From assembly GCA_004524445.1 (NCBI GenBank), contig SDNP01000026.1:1-42703 (forward strand): 42,703 bases of DNA. The letters run 5' to 3'. The translations under genes and the position numbers were made by a program. Below the pieces are notes generated by a model, which did not search any database, had not been told where the DNA came from, and worked only from the letters and a program-made list of their open reading frames with translations. Of the stretch, positions 1 to 9,316 are shown piece by piece. The DNA is from Candidatus Thorarchaeota archaeon (GTDB taxonomy: Archaea; Asgardarchaeota; Thorarchaeia; Thorarchaeales; Thorarchaeaceae). Positions within the stretch are counted from its first letter, which is position 1. Each line of letters begins with the position of its first letter.

Positions 1-647
1 AGAGCGGTTCCAGAATCTTGGATAATTTCCTGAACGACTTCTCCTGATTTTTCTCGTACTGTATATTTTAGTTTTAACTCAAGAATTTGCGTGACAGGAT
101 TTGCCTTCATAACACCAGACCGATTAACGGTTCTCCCATCTGGCAATTCTTTTGGGGGCTCAGAAAATGTTGAGTATTCCGGTTGCAGACCCCCTGGGAA
201 GAGGTCCAGAATGAAAAATCCATTGTTCTGCAGACATGAATGGACATTCCTTAGAATTGCTAGTTGCTCATTGGTTGTCATAGCATGCCCGAAGGAAGCA
301 GGAATGACAGCAAGTGAGAACTCGTCTTCTGAAGCAAAACCCGTCATATCAGCTTCTACTAGCGTGATTCTGTCAGATATTTCCGATTCAAGAGATACCA
401 GATTCTTCCTAAATTCATTAATCATTGCGATGGATTTCTCGACGGCCGTAACTCGATATCCATGCTTTGCCAACTCAATAGAAACACGGCCAGCACCTGC
501 AGCCAAGTCGAGAATCGGAGAGCCCTTCCTTTCTGCATAGTCTAAGTAGAATGGCAAATCATCGTTACTTGCAAAGAGGTTATAGAATTCTGCAGCTTTC
601 TCATAGCCTTCACGAAGCTTATCGAGTCGACGACTATCATAAACCAT
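1..647 (-). CDS. Class I SAM-dependent methyltransferase (3' end truncated by window edge)
   Basis: Not in the ORF track. Manual translation from ATG 647 gives MVYDSRRLDKLREGYEKAAEFYNLF...SPILDLAAGAGRVSIELAKHGYRVTAVEKS...ITLVEADM...LQNNGFFILDL, with motif I (ILDLAAGAG). GAGGT SD upstream; frame open to position 1. Confidence 0.85.
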   Translation of the reverse strand, partial: MVYDSRRLDKLREGYEKAAEFYNLFASNDDLPFYLDYAERKGSPILDLAAGAGRVSIELAKHGYRVTAVEKSIAMINEFRKNLVSLESEISDRITLVEADMTGFASEDEFSLAVIPASFGHAMTTNEQLAILRNVHSCLQNNGFFILDLFPGGLQPEYSTFSEPPKELPDGRTVNRSGVMKANPVTQILELKLKYTVREKSGEVVQEIIQDSGTA

Positions 648-745
648 GAATGCGACCTCATTCACTAATCAAGCAGGGAGTTTTTAGAGTTGACTACCTC
701 CATAGGCTGTTAGGAAACCGAAGAGCTAGCGTCCATCTCAAACGC

Positions 746-766
746 ATGCTGGCAATGCGCCAGCAT
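746..766. terminator. 8-bp hairpin downstream of the P-type ATPase stop codon
   Basis: ATGCTGGC-aatgc-GCCAGCAT perfect inverted repeat about 20 nt past the stop. Confidence 0.4.
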
Positions 767-784
767 CTTATGTCGCCCCCTATA

Positions 785-3619
785 TCAGTCAGAGTCATGG
801 TCGCTATTCCCTAACAGGCGATAGACCGGTGTTAGGAAACCAATGAGCGAAACAGCAAATATCAAAACCCAATGCATCAAACTAAGAGGAACCGTTCCAA
901 AGGCAACAGAGAGGGGAGTGTAAATCACTGTAAGAGTGAGCAAGAATGATATTACAACTGCTATGAACAGACCTTTGGATTCACGCATATTTGTACGCCA
1001 AATTGGATTTCTTTCATCCCTGCAGTTCCAAACCCATAAGAGTTGGAATAGCACCATTGTTGCGAATGTAGCAGTTCGAGCTCGAACAAGTATGTCTGCG
1101 TTTTCAGCTAATGACCAATCTATTGCTGCACCTGTAATCTGAGGAATATATCCAAGAGCCTCCCAGAGAACAAATAGGTAGACGAAACTAGCAGTAAAGG
1201 TCACAAGAACACCTCCAGCAATAATCATCCTGACCATGCTGTTATCTAATAACCGGCTACTTGGTTCACGAGGCGGACGCTCCATAATACCTTCTGGCGG
1301 CGGGTCGAAGCCAAGTGCAAGCGCTGGAGGACCGTCAGTAACAAGATTAATCCACAGAATGTATATCGGCGTCAAAGGAATGGGTAGTCCAATCATCGCC
1401 ATAATGAATACCAGCAACACCTCACCTGCATTAGCTGATAGAAGAAATCGAACAAATTTACGAATGTTGGCGTAAATTTCTCTACCCACTTCAATGGCAG
1501 AAACTATGGTACTGAAATCGTCATCTGTAAGAATAAGATCTGAAGATTCCTTTGTTACGCCAGCGCCTCTAATCCCCATAGATATACCAATATCAGCCTT
1601 CTTGATAGCAGGAGCATCATTAACTCCATCCCCCGTCATGGCCACAACATGATTCTGATTCTTCAATGCGCGAACAATCCGAAGCTTGTGCTCAGGTGCC
1701 ACACGAGCAAATACATCTCGTTCTAGAACCAATCTTTCCAATTCTTCATCGCTGGTTTCAGCCAGATCTGAACCTGTCACAGCAGGCTGATCTGATTGCG
1801 TTAGACCAACACTCCGTGCAATTGAAACCGCAGTAAGTGCGTGGTCCCCAGTAATCATAATTGGACGTACACCCGCTTCTCGTGATTTGGCAATCGCCTC
1901 CATGACACCTTCACGAGGTGAGTCAATCATTCCCACAAGACCAAGGAAGACTAAATCATTCTCTACTTCAGATTCATTCCAGTCCCCCACCGTGTTGTCA
2001 AGCGGTCTATAGGCCAGGGCAATCACCCTCATTGCACGAGCAGCCATAGCCATATTTACTTCGAGAATGTCGTTTCTTTTTGTATGATCGAGTGTCTTCT
2101 TTTCATCATTCACGAGAACCTGAGTTGACCTTTCAAGAATCACTTCAGGTGCACCTTTTGTGAATGCCCAGACCTGACCTTCATCATCTCTGTAGATGCT
2201 AGTCATACGTTTTCTCTTTGAATCAAAGGAGAACTCGGTTATCTCTTCATACTGTAATTCAAGCTTGTCAGCTGTAATTCCAGCCTTTTCAGCGGCAACC
2301 AATAAGGCGCCTTCAGTGGGGTCGCCCACAACTCTCCAACTTGACTCATCATCTGGATTTCTTGCTAACGAGGCAGAGGAACACAGTTGGCCTGCCTTCA
2401 ATAGCATATTCATTTCATTGCTATTTGAAACGTCGAACGGCTCACCTGTAGAGCTAAAATCATCCCAATTCTCACGGGATGGAGCATAGTAGTATTGTCC
2501 CTCCTTACTGTAACCTGTTCCTGATACTTTGGCATTAGCCGAGGGGAGAGAAATGTAGCGCACCGTCATCTCGTTTTTCGTGATCGTTCCGGTCTTGTCT
2601 GAACAGATTACTGTCGTGGAACCAAGTGTTTCCACGCTAGATAATCGACGAACAATAGCATTCTTCTTCACCATGCGACTAACGCCTATGGATAGAGTCA
2701 CTGTAACGACAGCAGAGAGGCCCTCAGGTATAGCCGCAACAGCAACCGCTATCGATGTAAATAGAGCCTCATTCCAGTCATTGGTCGAACCTGCAAACAC
2801 AAGCGCTATAAACACTAAGACGGAAAGAACAAGAACAAGAACCCCTAACCGTTTTCCAAGGCTTTCCAAATCTACTTGTAAAGGTGTTAATTCTTCTTCG
2901 CTTTCTTGCACCATTTGTGCGATTTTACCAAACTCGGTCTTCATACCAGTGGCTGTCACAACTGCTGTGCCCTTTCCTGCAGTTACGACGGAGCCCTGAA
3001 ACACAAGATTAATCATATCTCCAATAGGGGGTTTCTCTGCTTCTATTGGCTTGATGTTCTTCTGTACAGCTAAGGACTCGCCTGTTAGAGCTGATTCATC
3101 TACTGCTAGGCTAACTGCATTCACTAGACGTGCGTCAGCGGGAACAATGTCACCGGACCCTAATGATATGATATCCCCTGGAACAATATCTCTTGCTTCG
3201 ATTTCAACCCATTCTCCATTACGGTGTACAATCGCAGTAGGGGCCGAAAGGTCTTTTAGAGCTTCCAATGCCTTTTCAGATTTGAATTCTTGGATGAATC
3301 CAAACACGGCGTTTGCGATAACAATGGCAGAGATTACTATAGCATCAATAAAGCCTTCATCTTCATGACCACCGTGGAGCAATACTGTTGCGATTGAAAT
3401 GATAATGGCAAAAATCAGAATCATGACCATGGGATCTGCAAACTGCTGCAGAAACATTCTGAGCGGACCGGCCCTGTCAACCTCCTCCAGTTCATTAGGT
3501 CCATACTCAACCAGCCTATCTTTTGCTTCTTCACTACTTAGACCTTCCTTTGAAGTGTCCAAATACTTCAAGGTATCTTCAGCAGTCTTTCTATGCCAAT
3601 CCTGCATCTCGCTCTGCAT
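785..3619 (-). CDS. P2A-type cation (Ca2+)-transporting ATPase
   Basis: TGES, IPEGL, DKTGT phosphorylation site, KGAPE, TGDGVND, TM6 WINLVTDG; ~10 TM segments. Confidence 0.95.
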   Translation of the reverse strand: MQSEMQDWHRKTAEDTLKYLDTSKEGLSSEEAKDRLVEYGPNELEEVDRAGPLRMFLQQFADPMVMILIFAIIISIATVLLHGGHEDEGFIDAIVISAIVIANAVFGFIQEFKSEKALEALKDLSAPTAIVHRNGEWVEIEARDIVPGDIISLGSGDIVPADARLVNAVSLAVDESALTGESLAVQKNIKPIEAEKPPIGDMINLVFQGSVVTAGKGTAVVTATGMKTEFGKIAQMVQESEEELTPLQVDLESLGKRLGVLVLVLSVLVFIALVFAGSTNDWNEALFTSIAVAVAAIPEGLSAVVTVTLSIGVSRMVKKNAIVRRLSSVETLGSTTVICSDKTGTITKNEMTVRYISLPSANAKVSGTGYSKEGQYYYAPSRENWDDFSSTGEPFDVSNSNEMNMLLKAGQLCSSASLARNPDDESSWRVVGDPTEGALLVAAEKAGITADKLELQYEEITEFSFDSKRKRMTSIYRDDEGQVWAFTKGAPEVILERSTQVLVNDEKKTLDHTKRNDILEVNMAMAARAMRVIALAYRPLDNTVGDWNESEVENDLVFLGLVGMIDSPREGVMEAIAKSREAGVRPIMITGDHALTAVSIARSVGLTQSDQPAVTGSDLAETSDEELERLVLERDVFARVAPEHKLRIVRALKNQNHVVAMTGDGVNDAPAIKKADIGISMGIRGAGVTKESSDLILTDDDFSTIVSAIEVGREIYANIRKFVRFLLSANAGEVLLVFIMAMIGLPIPLTPIYILWINLVTDGPPALALGFDPPPEGIMERPPREPSSRLLDNSMVRMIIAGGVLVTFTASFVYLFVLWEALGYIPQITGAAIDWSLAENADILVRARTATFATMVLFQLLWVWNCRDERNPIWRTNMRESKGLFIAVVISFLLTLTVIYTPLSVAFGTVPLSLMHWVLIFAVSLIGFLTPVYRLLGNSDHDSD

Positions 3620-3856
3620 TTTTTTGCTTCAATCCTATAGCGAAAATGCCCGACTTAGTAATATATGATTGTTCCCTTACGGCAAATTTCAGTAGACCTG
3701 CTCGGAATGTCATCGTCAGTTAACAATAAGATGGACTTCATTTGAGTGCGGTCATAGGATATCGCTCGAAGTGGTGCATTGTCAGTACGAAGGGTTTATC
3801 AGTTTCAGAAAATGCTCCCGCTCGTAGAGCGCAAATATAGTAGGCGGAGAATCGCA

Positions 3857-4825
3857 ATGGCAGTCAGTAAGGACACCCTCAAAGAGCTTTATGAGAAAAC
3901 GCTCAAGGTAAGATTGTTTGAAGAGAAAGTATGGGATATCTTTGGTGAAAACCTGATTCCGGGCACGCTCCATCTGTACCTTGGTCAAGAGGCCGTAGCA
4001 GCAGGAGTCACTTCGGCATTAGAAAAGACAGACTGGATACAAAGCACTCACCGGGGGCATGGACATGTAATAGCTAAGGGTGCAGATCCAAAGAAAGCAT
4101 TTGCAGAGCTACTAGGTAAGAAGACAGGCTCGTGCAAAGGGAAGGGTGGGTCAATGCATATTACTGAGTTCGATGCAGGTGTTCTAGGAGCAACAGGCGT
4201 AGTAGCTTCAGGCCTTCCAATCGCTGTAGGTGCCGCACTCTCATGCAAAATGCGCGGTACTAAGGATGTCGTTGCCTGTTTCTTTGGGGACGGAGCCTCG
4301 AACAATGGGACTTTTGGTGAGTCATTGAATATGTCTGCTATCTGGCAATTGCCCGTTATTTGGGTGGTAGAGAACAATTTCTACGCGATGGGCACCCCCA
4401 TCAAAACAACCTGCCCGACTCAGAATATAGCAAAGCGGGGAGAAGCCTATTGCATTCCCAGTAAAGTCGTAGACGGAAACAATGCGTTAGAAGTCTACGA
4501 GGCTGCTGCTGAGGCGGTCGAGAGAGCACGAAATAGCGGAGGACCATCACTAATTGAATGTAGGACCTACAGGATGAAGGGACATTCAAGATTTGACCCC
4601 GCCAAGTATCGTCCGAAGGAAGAAGAAGAAGAATGGCTCTCAAGAGACCCTGTTGAGATAATCAAGAATATTGCAATAGAACAAGGAGCTCTTGATGAAA
4701 AAACCTCAATCAAAATCAGGGAGAGATTGCAGACGGAAGCAGATGAGGCGGCCAGATTCGCAATAGAATCGGAGCATCCCAGGCCCGAGGAAGCACTTGA
4801 AGATGTATTCGCGGAGGTGGCCTAG
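3857..4825 (+). CDS. pdhA: Pyruvate/acetoin dehydrogenase E1 alpha (TPP-binding)
   Basis: GTLHLYLGQEA, STHRGHGH, GKGGSMH, GDGA...ENN TPP motif, TYRMKGHS. Start moved to ATG 3857 after a GGAG SD. Confidence 0.9.
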   Translation: MAVSKDTLKELYEKTLKVRLFEEKVWDIFGENLIPGTLHLYLGQEAVAAGVTSALEKTDWIQSTHRGHGHVIAKGADPKKAFAELLGKKTGSCKGKGGSMHITEFDAGVLGATGVVASGLPIAVGAALSCKMRGTKDVVACFFGDGASNNGTFGESLNMSAIWQLPVIWVVENNFYAMGTPIKTTCPTQNIAKRGEAYCIPSKVVDGNNALEVYEAAAEAVERARNSGGPSLIECRTYRMKGHSRFDPAKYRPKEEEEEWLSRDPVEIIKNIAIEQGALDEKTSIKIRERLQTEADEAARFAIESEHPRPEEALEDVFAEVA

Positions 4826-5803
4826 TTGGCGGAAAAAAGCTATAGAGAGGCGCTGAAGGAAGGACTCCGTGAAGAAATGCAACGTGATGATCGGGTATTC
4901 CTTATGGGCGAGGACATCGGCCTTAATTGGGGTGGAGCATTCAAGGTCACCAAAGGGCTTGCAGAGGAGTTTGGAGAGGAACGTGTCCGAGATACACCCA
5001 TTTCGGAGAACACAATTGCAGGAGCAGCTGTAGGAGCGGCGATTACCGGAATGCGACCCGTTGCCGAGATTATGTTTGGCGACCTGATCACTCTCGCCAT
5101 GGATCAAGTTTGCAATCAGGCTGCCAAGATGCGCTACATGTTTGGCGGGCAGACCTCTGTTCCAATGGTCTTGCGAACGGTTTTTGGCGGTGGTAAAAAC
5201 ATAGCCTCGCATCACTCTCAGAGCCTTGAGGCATGGTTCATGCACACACCAGGCCTGAAGATCGCAGTGCCTGCCTTTGCATACGATGTGAAGGGCCTCA
5301 TTAAGACTGCGATTAGAGACCCCGACCCTGTGATGTTCTTCGAGCACAAGCTTGTGTACGATAAGAAAGAAGAAGTTCCAGAGGAAGAGTATCTGATTCC
5401 CCTTGGTGAAGCGAAAATACGACGTGAGGGTGCCGACGTTACGCTATGGGCTACCTTTCTAATGGTTCACAAGGCCCTCGAAGTTGCAGATGAATTAGCA
5501 AGAGAAGGAATCAGCGCCGAGGTTATAGATCCTAGAACACTAGTTCCTCTTGACAAGGAAACTCTCATCAAATCTGTTAAGAAAACTGGAAGACTGGTGC
5601 TTGTAACCGAAGAAACCAGAACTGGCGCAACTACAGCAGAGATTGCTGCAATAGTTCAGGAAGAGGCATTTGACTGGTTGGATGCACCCATTAGGCGGGT
5701 TAATGCACCTGATACCCCAATTCCATTCAGTCCAACACTAGAGGACTTCTTCATTCCTGACAATAATAGAATTGCACAGGCAGTCAGGTCTATTGTGCAG
5801 TAG
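4826..5803 (+). CDS. pdhB: Pyruvate/acetoin dehydrogenase E1 beta
   Basis: GEDIG, RVRDTPISE, GMRPVAEIMF, HHSQS, DPDPVMFFEHK, IDPRTLVPLD. TTG start preceded by a GGAGGTG SD. Confidence 0.9.
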   Translation: MAEKSYREALKEGLREEMQRDDRVFLMGEDIGLNWGGAFKVTKGLAEEFGEERVRDTPISENTIAGAAVGAAITGMRPVAEIMFGDLITLAMDQVCNQAAKMRYMFGGQTSVPMVLRTVFGGGKNIASHHSQSLEAWFMHTPGLKIAVPAFAYDVKGLIKTAIRDPDPVMFFEHKLVYDKKEEVPEEEYLIPLGEAKIRREGADVTLWATFLMVHKALEVADELAREGISAEVIDPRTLVPLDKETLIKSVKKTGRLVLVTEETRTGATTAEIAAIVQEEAFDWLDAPIRRVNAPDTPIPFSPTLEDFFIPDNNRIAQAVRSIVQ

Positions 5804-5885
5804 CCGGATCCTAATGCTTCTTGGAATTCGTTGATTTCATCATGATTCCTTACAGGCATTAAAATAAAACCCCGAAATCTCATAC

Positions 5886-7727
5886 CTATTGCTGGAGTTG
5901 ATTCTCATCAGCAATCAGCAAATTGGGCCTATATTTCTGTATTGCCAGCAGCAGGAAATATGTAATTGGAGATGCTAAGACCAGAATCACCCCATAGGAG
6001 ATGGATGCGAACACAATTCCGGGCTGCAGAAGTACGAAGAGAATATTCGTCATTGGAATCACTATTGCAATGCTATCAATGTATCTTGAGCCCAAGTCGC
6101 GCTTCCATATGCTTCTGATTGCAAGATACATCCAGGGAACCCAGAATAATAGGAATGAGATTGATAGATTTCTAACAGCATAATATGATTCTGAATGTGC
6201 AACCATGGTAAGAGCGCTAAGATCCGGCATGAACACCGCTGCAGACCCATCCGCCCACACTAAATAGCTGGCAAGCGGCACATTGCGTACATAATAGTAC
6301 ACAAATTGCGTCCCCTGGAAATGGCTGCTGATATCTAAATAAGTAGCCCAAGGCAGTACAATGCTTAGTGAAAGAAACAGAAAGGGGATGAATGTGGGCT
6401 GCGACATTAATATCTCTGTATCTGATTTCTTCAAAAATTCATAGAAAGCGGGAGTAATCAATAAGATTAATCCAATGCTGGAAATTACGATAAATATCTC
6501 AAGGGGAGTAATCAAAATACCCATGAAGGAAGCTTCTGATAGTGTGATTTTTACTCTACAATCAGTGCTGAGATTAAGTTCACCAGAAATATCGGGAATG
6601 GGCGGAAGATACCGAAAAAGTGGATGATGATCATGGGAAACCCAAATTCGGAATTCTGTAGTATTTGGATAGGTGGGTATGAAGAATAGGGCATCCACAG
6701 GGATGGGCTTCTTTTGAATCTGATATATTTCATCCCACTCACGGTTCAAGAAATAGGAATAGATACGGACTCTAATGGTTGGAATATTGGGTGTTATGCT
6801 AACATACAGTTTGCTACAGGGTAGCCTGATTAGGCAATTAACTTCCTCATGTGGGGATATCTCTGTAATATGCGAAATGAGAAGTTCTTCGAGGGTATGT
6901 TCATGAAAATCTGATCTAAACACGCTCTTCCATGCTGCTGCTATGGAGTAATTGCCGGGACTGAGAAACACCTTGCCAGTTCCATAATAGAGCATAAAGC
7001 GACGGCTCTCATTGGTCATTAGTGACGTAAGGTTCACGACGGGGTAATCGTACATGTACTTAGTATAGCCACTCTCCGATAGCGGCATTCCGTCAGGAGA
7101 CCGAATATCAAATACTAATGACGATAGATTCTGTGCTGTAGATGCATGTACGTTCACATTCCAAATTGAAAACTGTGCATCTGAAGAGGTTTCTATGCGA
7201 AGCGATACCCATGTTTGGAAAAACGATGCTTCGACTTGATTCTGGAAATCGGCGAGGGCGTCATCAATAACGATTCTGCCACAATCTCCAGCAGCAAGAG
7301 TAAGATTCTCAGAGAGAATGTGATTGAGATTTGGATATCCTGCCGATGATACCTTTAATGTTGCTTCAATTACGCCATGCTCAACACTAATCATACTATA
7401 ATAGATAAGCGTGGAATAGCTGTCAATAGCAAGATTGACTAGAGTTCCGCATTCTATGTAGCCTCCGAGAATAGGAGACACTTGCATGCTGAGTTCTAGT
7501 TTGTTTTCTGATTCTTTGACAATGTATGGTGTGTTCGCCCGAAAAGTCCAGAGAGGAGAATGCGGAGAAGGTACTGAATCCAACAATGAAACATTCCGTG
7601 TTGACTCGTGCCCAGTTCTCTCTATTTCAAAGCCTAGAGCACCATTATTTGAAGACAGCTTCTCGATATCAACTGATGCATCGGAATATAGCACCGAATT
7701 CGATGCAATCATAGTCCCCAACACCAT
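5886..7727 (-). CDS. Uncharacterised membrane protein (large beta-rich extracytoplasmic region plus multi-TM C-terminus)
   Basis: 613-aa ORF with a hydrophobic N-terminus and ~6 hydrophobic C-terminal segments; no recognisable motif. Confidence 0.7.
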   Translation of the reverse strand: MVLGTMIASNSVLYSDASVDIEKLSSNNGALGFEIERTGHESTRNVSLLDSVPSPHSPLWTFRANTPYIVKESENKLELSMQVSPILGGYIECGTLVNLAIDSYSTLIYYSMISVEHGVIEATLKVSSAGYPNLNHILSENLTLAAGDCGRIVIDDALADFQNQVEASFFQTWVSLRIETSSDAQFSIWNVNVHASTAQNLSSLVFDIRSPDGMPLSESGYTKYMYDYPVVNLTSLMTNESRRFMLYYGTGKVFLSPGNYSIAAAWKSVFRSDFHEHTLEELLISHITEISPHEEVNCLIRLPCSKLYVSITPNIPTIRVRIYSYFLNREWDEIYQIQKKPIPVDALFFIPTYPNTTEFRIWVSHDHHPLFRYLPPIPDISGELNLSTDCRVKITLSEASFMGILITPLEIFIVISSIGLILLITPAFYEFLKKSDTEILMSQPTFIPFLFLSLSIVLPWATYLDISSHFQGTQFVYYYVRNVPLASYLVWADGSAAVFMPDLSALTMVAHSESYYAVRNLSISFLLFWVPWMYLAIRSIWKRDLGSRYIDSIAIVIPMTNILFVLLQPGIVFASISYGVILVLASPITYFLLLAIQKYRPNLLIADENQLQQ

Positions 7728-8031
7728 GAAGATAAGAAAGATACAGACTACCGCGTATCGTTTCTGGTCTTGAATATCCGACAGGATCCACCACCAACTT
7801 CACCTCATTGAGTGTATTTTTTCCCTTATGAAATTTATTTGATATTGTTGTATCTCGTCAAGTCCCCGTGAAATAAAACCCATCGCGACCAAAGCGTCCC
7901 AATTCCAAGTGGAGCAATAATAGCCATCAGTACCATTATATACACAATACCTCATTGGCGGGAAAAAGGGAATCAAACTCCGTCTGCTAGACAAACTGAA
8001 TCCTAACGAAGAGATCCAAAAGGTATCAAAA

Positions 8032-9264
8032 ATGGTAACCACAATGATAATGCAGCGCATGAGCGTTGCGATGGAATATGGTGTCATCCTGAAATGGCTT
8101 AAGAAAGAGGGTGACAAAGTAAGGAAGGGCGAACCAGTAGTCGAGATTTTTGGCGAGAAGAATGAGTTCGAATTGATGGCTCCAGCAGATGGCGTGCTTC
8201 TCAAAATCCTCTGTGAAAAAGACGATGAGATTCCAATAAGTGAACCGATTGCCGTAATTGGCGAAGAGGGTGAGGAGATTCCCGAAGTCAAACCAAGAAA
8301 ACTCAATGAACAGAAACACCAGGCACCAAGCGCAACGAAAAAACCTGAAGAACTGGCTAATACATCACCGGCAGCTCAAACACCTGAGTCAGCCCCCTCT
8401 ATATTGGAAGGAGGTAGAATCAAGGCGTCTCCGAGGGCTAAAATGCGTGCCAAAGAGAAGGGAATAGACTTACGGCGATTGATAGGCACCGGACCAGGCG
8501 GCAGAATAATAGAGGAAGACGTCCTGAATGCAGAGAAACAAGTCGCTCCTACTATGACTGCCGAGGATGATAGAGAGATTTCTGAAGTTGAAACCCTTAC
8601 ACCATTGAGGCGGACCATTGCACGAAGAATGAGTGGTAGCTGGGAACATCCCCATATCACCATGATAACAGAGATTGATATGACTGAAACTGTTGAACTG
8701 AGAAAAGAATTGAATAAACAGTTCGAGAAGACAGAGGGTCTAAGAATCTCATTCAACGATATCATTCTCAAGGCAGTAGCAGACACGTTAGAGAAATTTC
8801 CGAAATTCAATGCCAGACTCGAAGGAAATGACCTCCAGATATTTGAGGACATTAACTTGGGGGTTGCCATGGCAACAGATGACGGGCTCATCGTGCCAGT
8901 TGTGAAACATGCAAATCGCAAGTCAATTAGTGAAATAACTCAGATCACAAAGGACCTTGGAAGGAGAGCAAAGGAGAATGCACTAGAGCCCCATGAGCTT
9001 ACGGGAAGTACGTTCACAGTGTCTAATCTTGGTCCATTTGGAGTGGATTTGTTTATTCCTGTAATCAATCCTCCAGAAACAGCCATTCTTGCGCTTGGTC
9101 AAATAAAGAAGAAACCTGTTGTCATCGGTGACATGATTGCTGTGAGGAATATGATGATGGCAAGTTGTGCTGTTGATCATCGTGTCTTGGATGGTGCTCC
9201 TGCAGGGCAATTTCTACAGGTTCTGAAAGAAACCCTTGAGAACCCCTACATGATGAAGTACTGA
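8032..9264 (+). CDS. pdhC: Dihydrolipoamide acyltransferase E2
   Basis: N-terminal lipoyl domain, PSBD (ASPRAK...GTGPGGRI...DV), GSTFTVSNLG, catalytic DHRVLDG. Confidence 0.93.
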   Translation: MVTTMIMQRMSVAMEYGVILKWLKKEGDKVRKGEPVVEIFGEKNEFELMAPADGVLLKILCEKDDEIPISEPIAVIGEEGEEIPEVKPRKLNEQKHQAPSATKKPEELANTSPAAQTPESAPSILEGGRIKASPRAKMRAKEKGIDLRRLIGTGPGGRIIEEDVLNAEKQVAPTMTAEDDREISEVETLTPLRRTIARRMSGSWEHPHITMITEIDMTETVELRKELNKQFEKTEGLRISFNDIILKAVADTLEKFPKFNARLEGNDLQIFEDINLGVAMATDDGLIVPVVKHANRKSISEITQITKDLGRRAKENALEPHELTGSTFTVSNLGPFGVDLFIPVINPPETAILALGQIKKKPVVIGDMIAVRNMMMASCAVDHRVLDGAPAGQFLQVLKETLENPYMMKY

Positions 9265-9316
9265 TTGACATTCAACCTATATTACAAGGCTCAAGCAAAC
9301 CGAATTAGATGATATG

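Noticed and set aside
91-540. 149-aa plus-strand ORF
   Set aside because: Antisense shadow of the minus-strand methyltransferase, which the track missed because it runs off the window edge.
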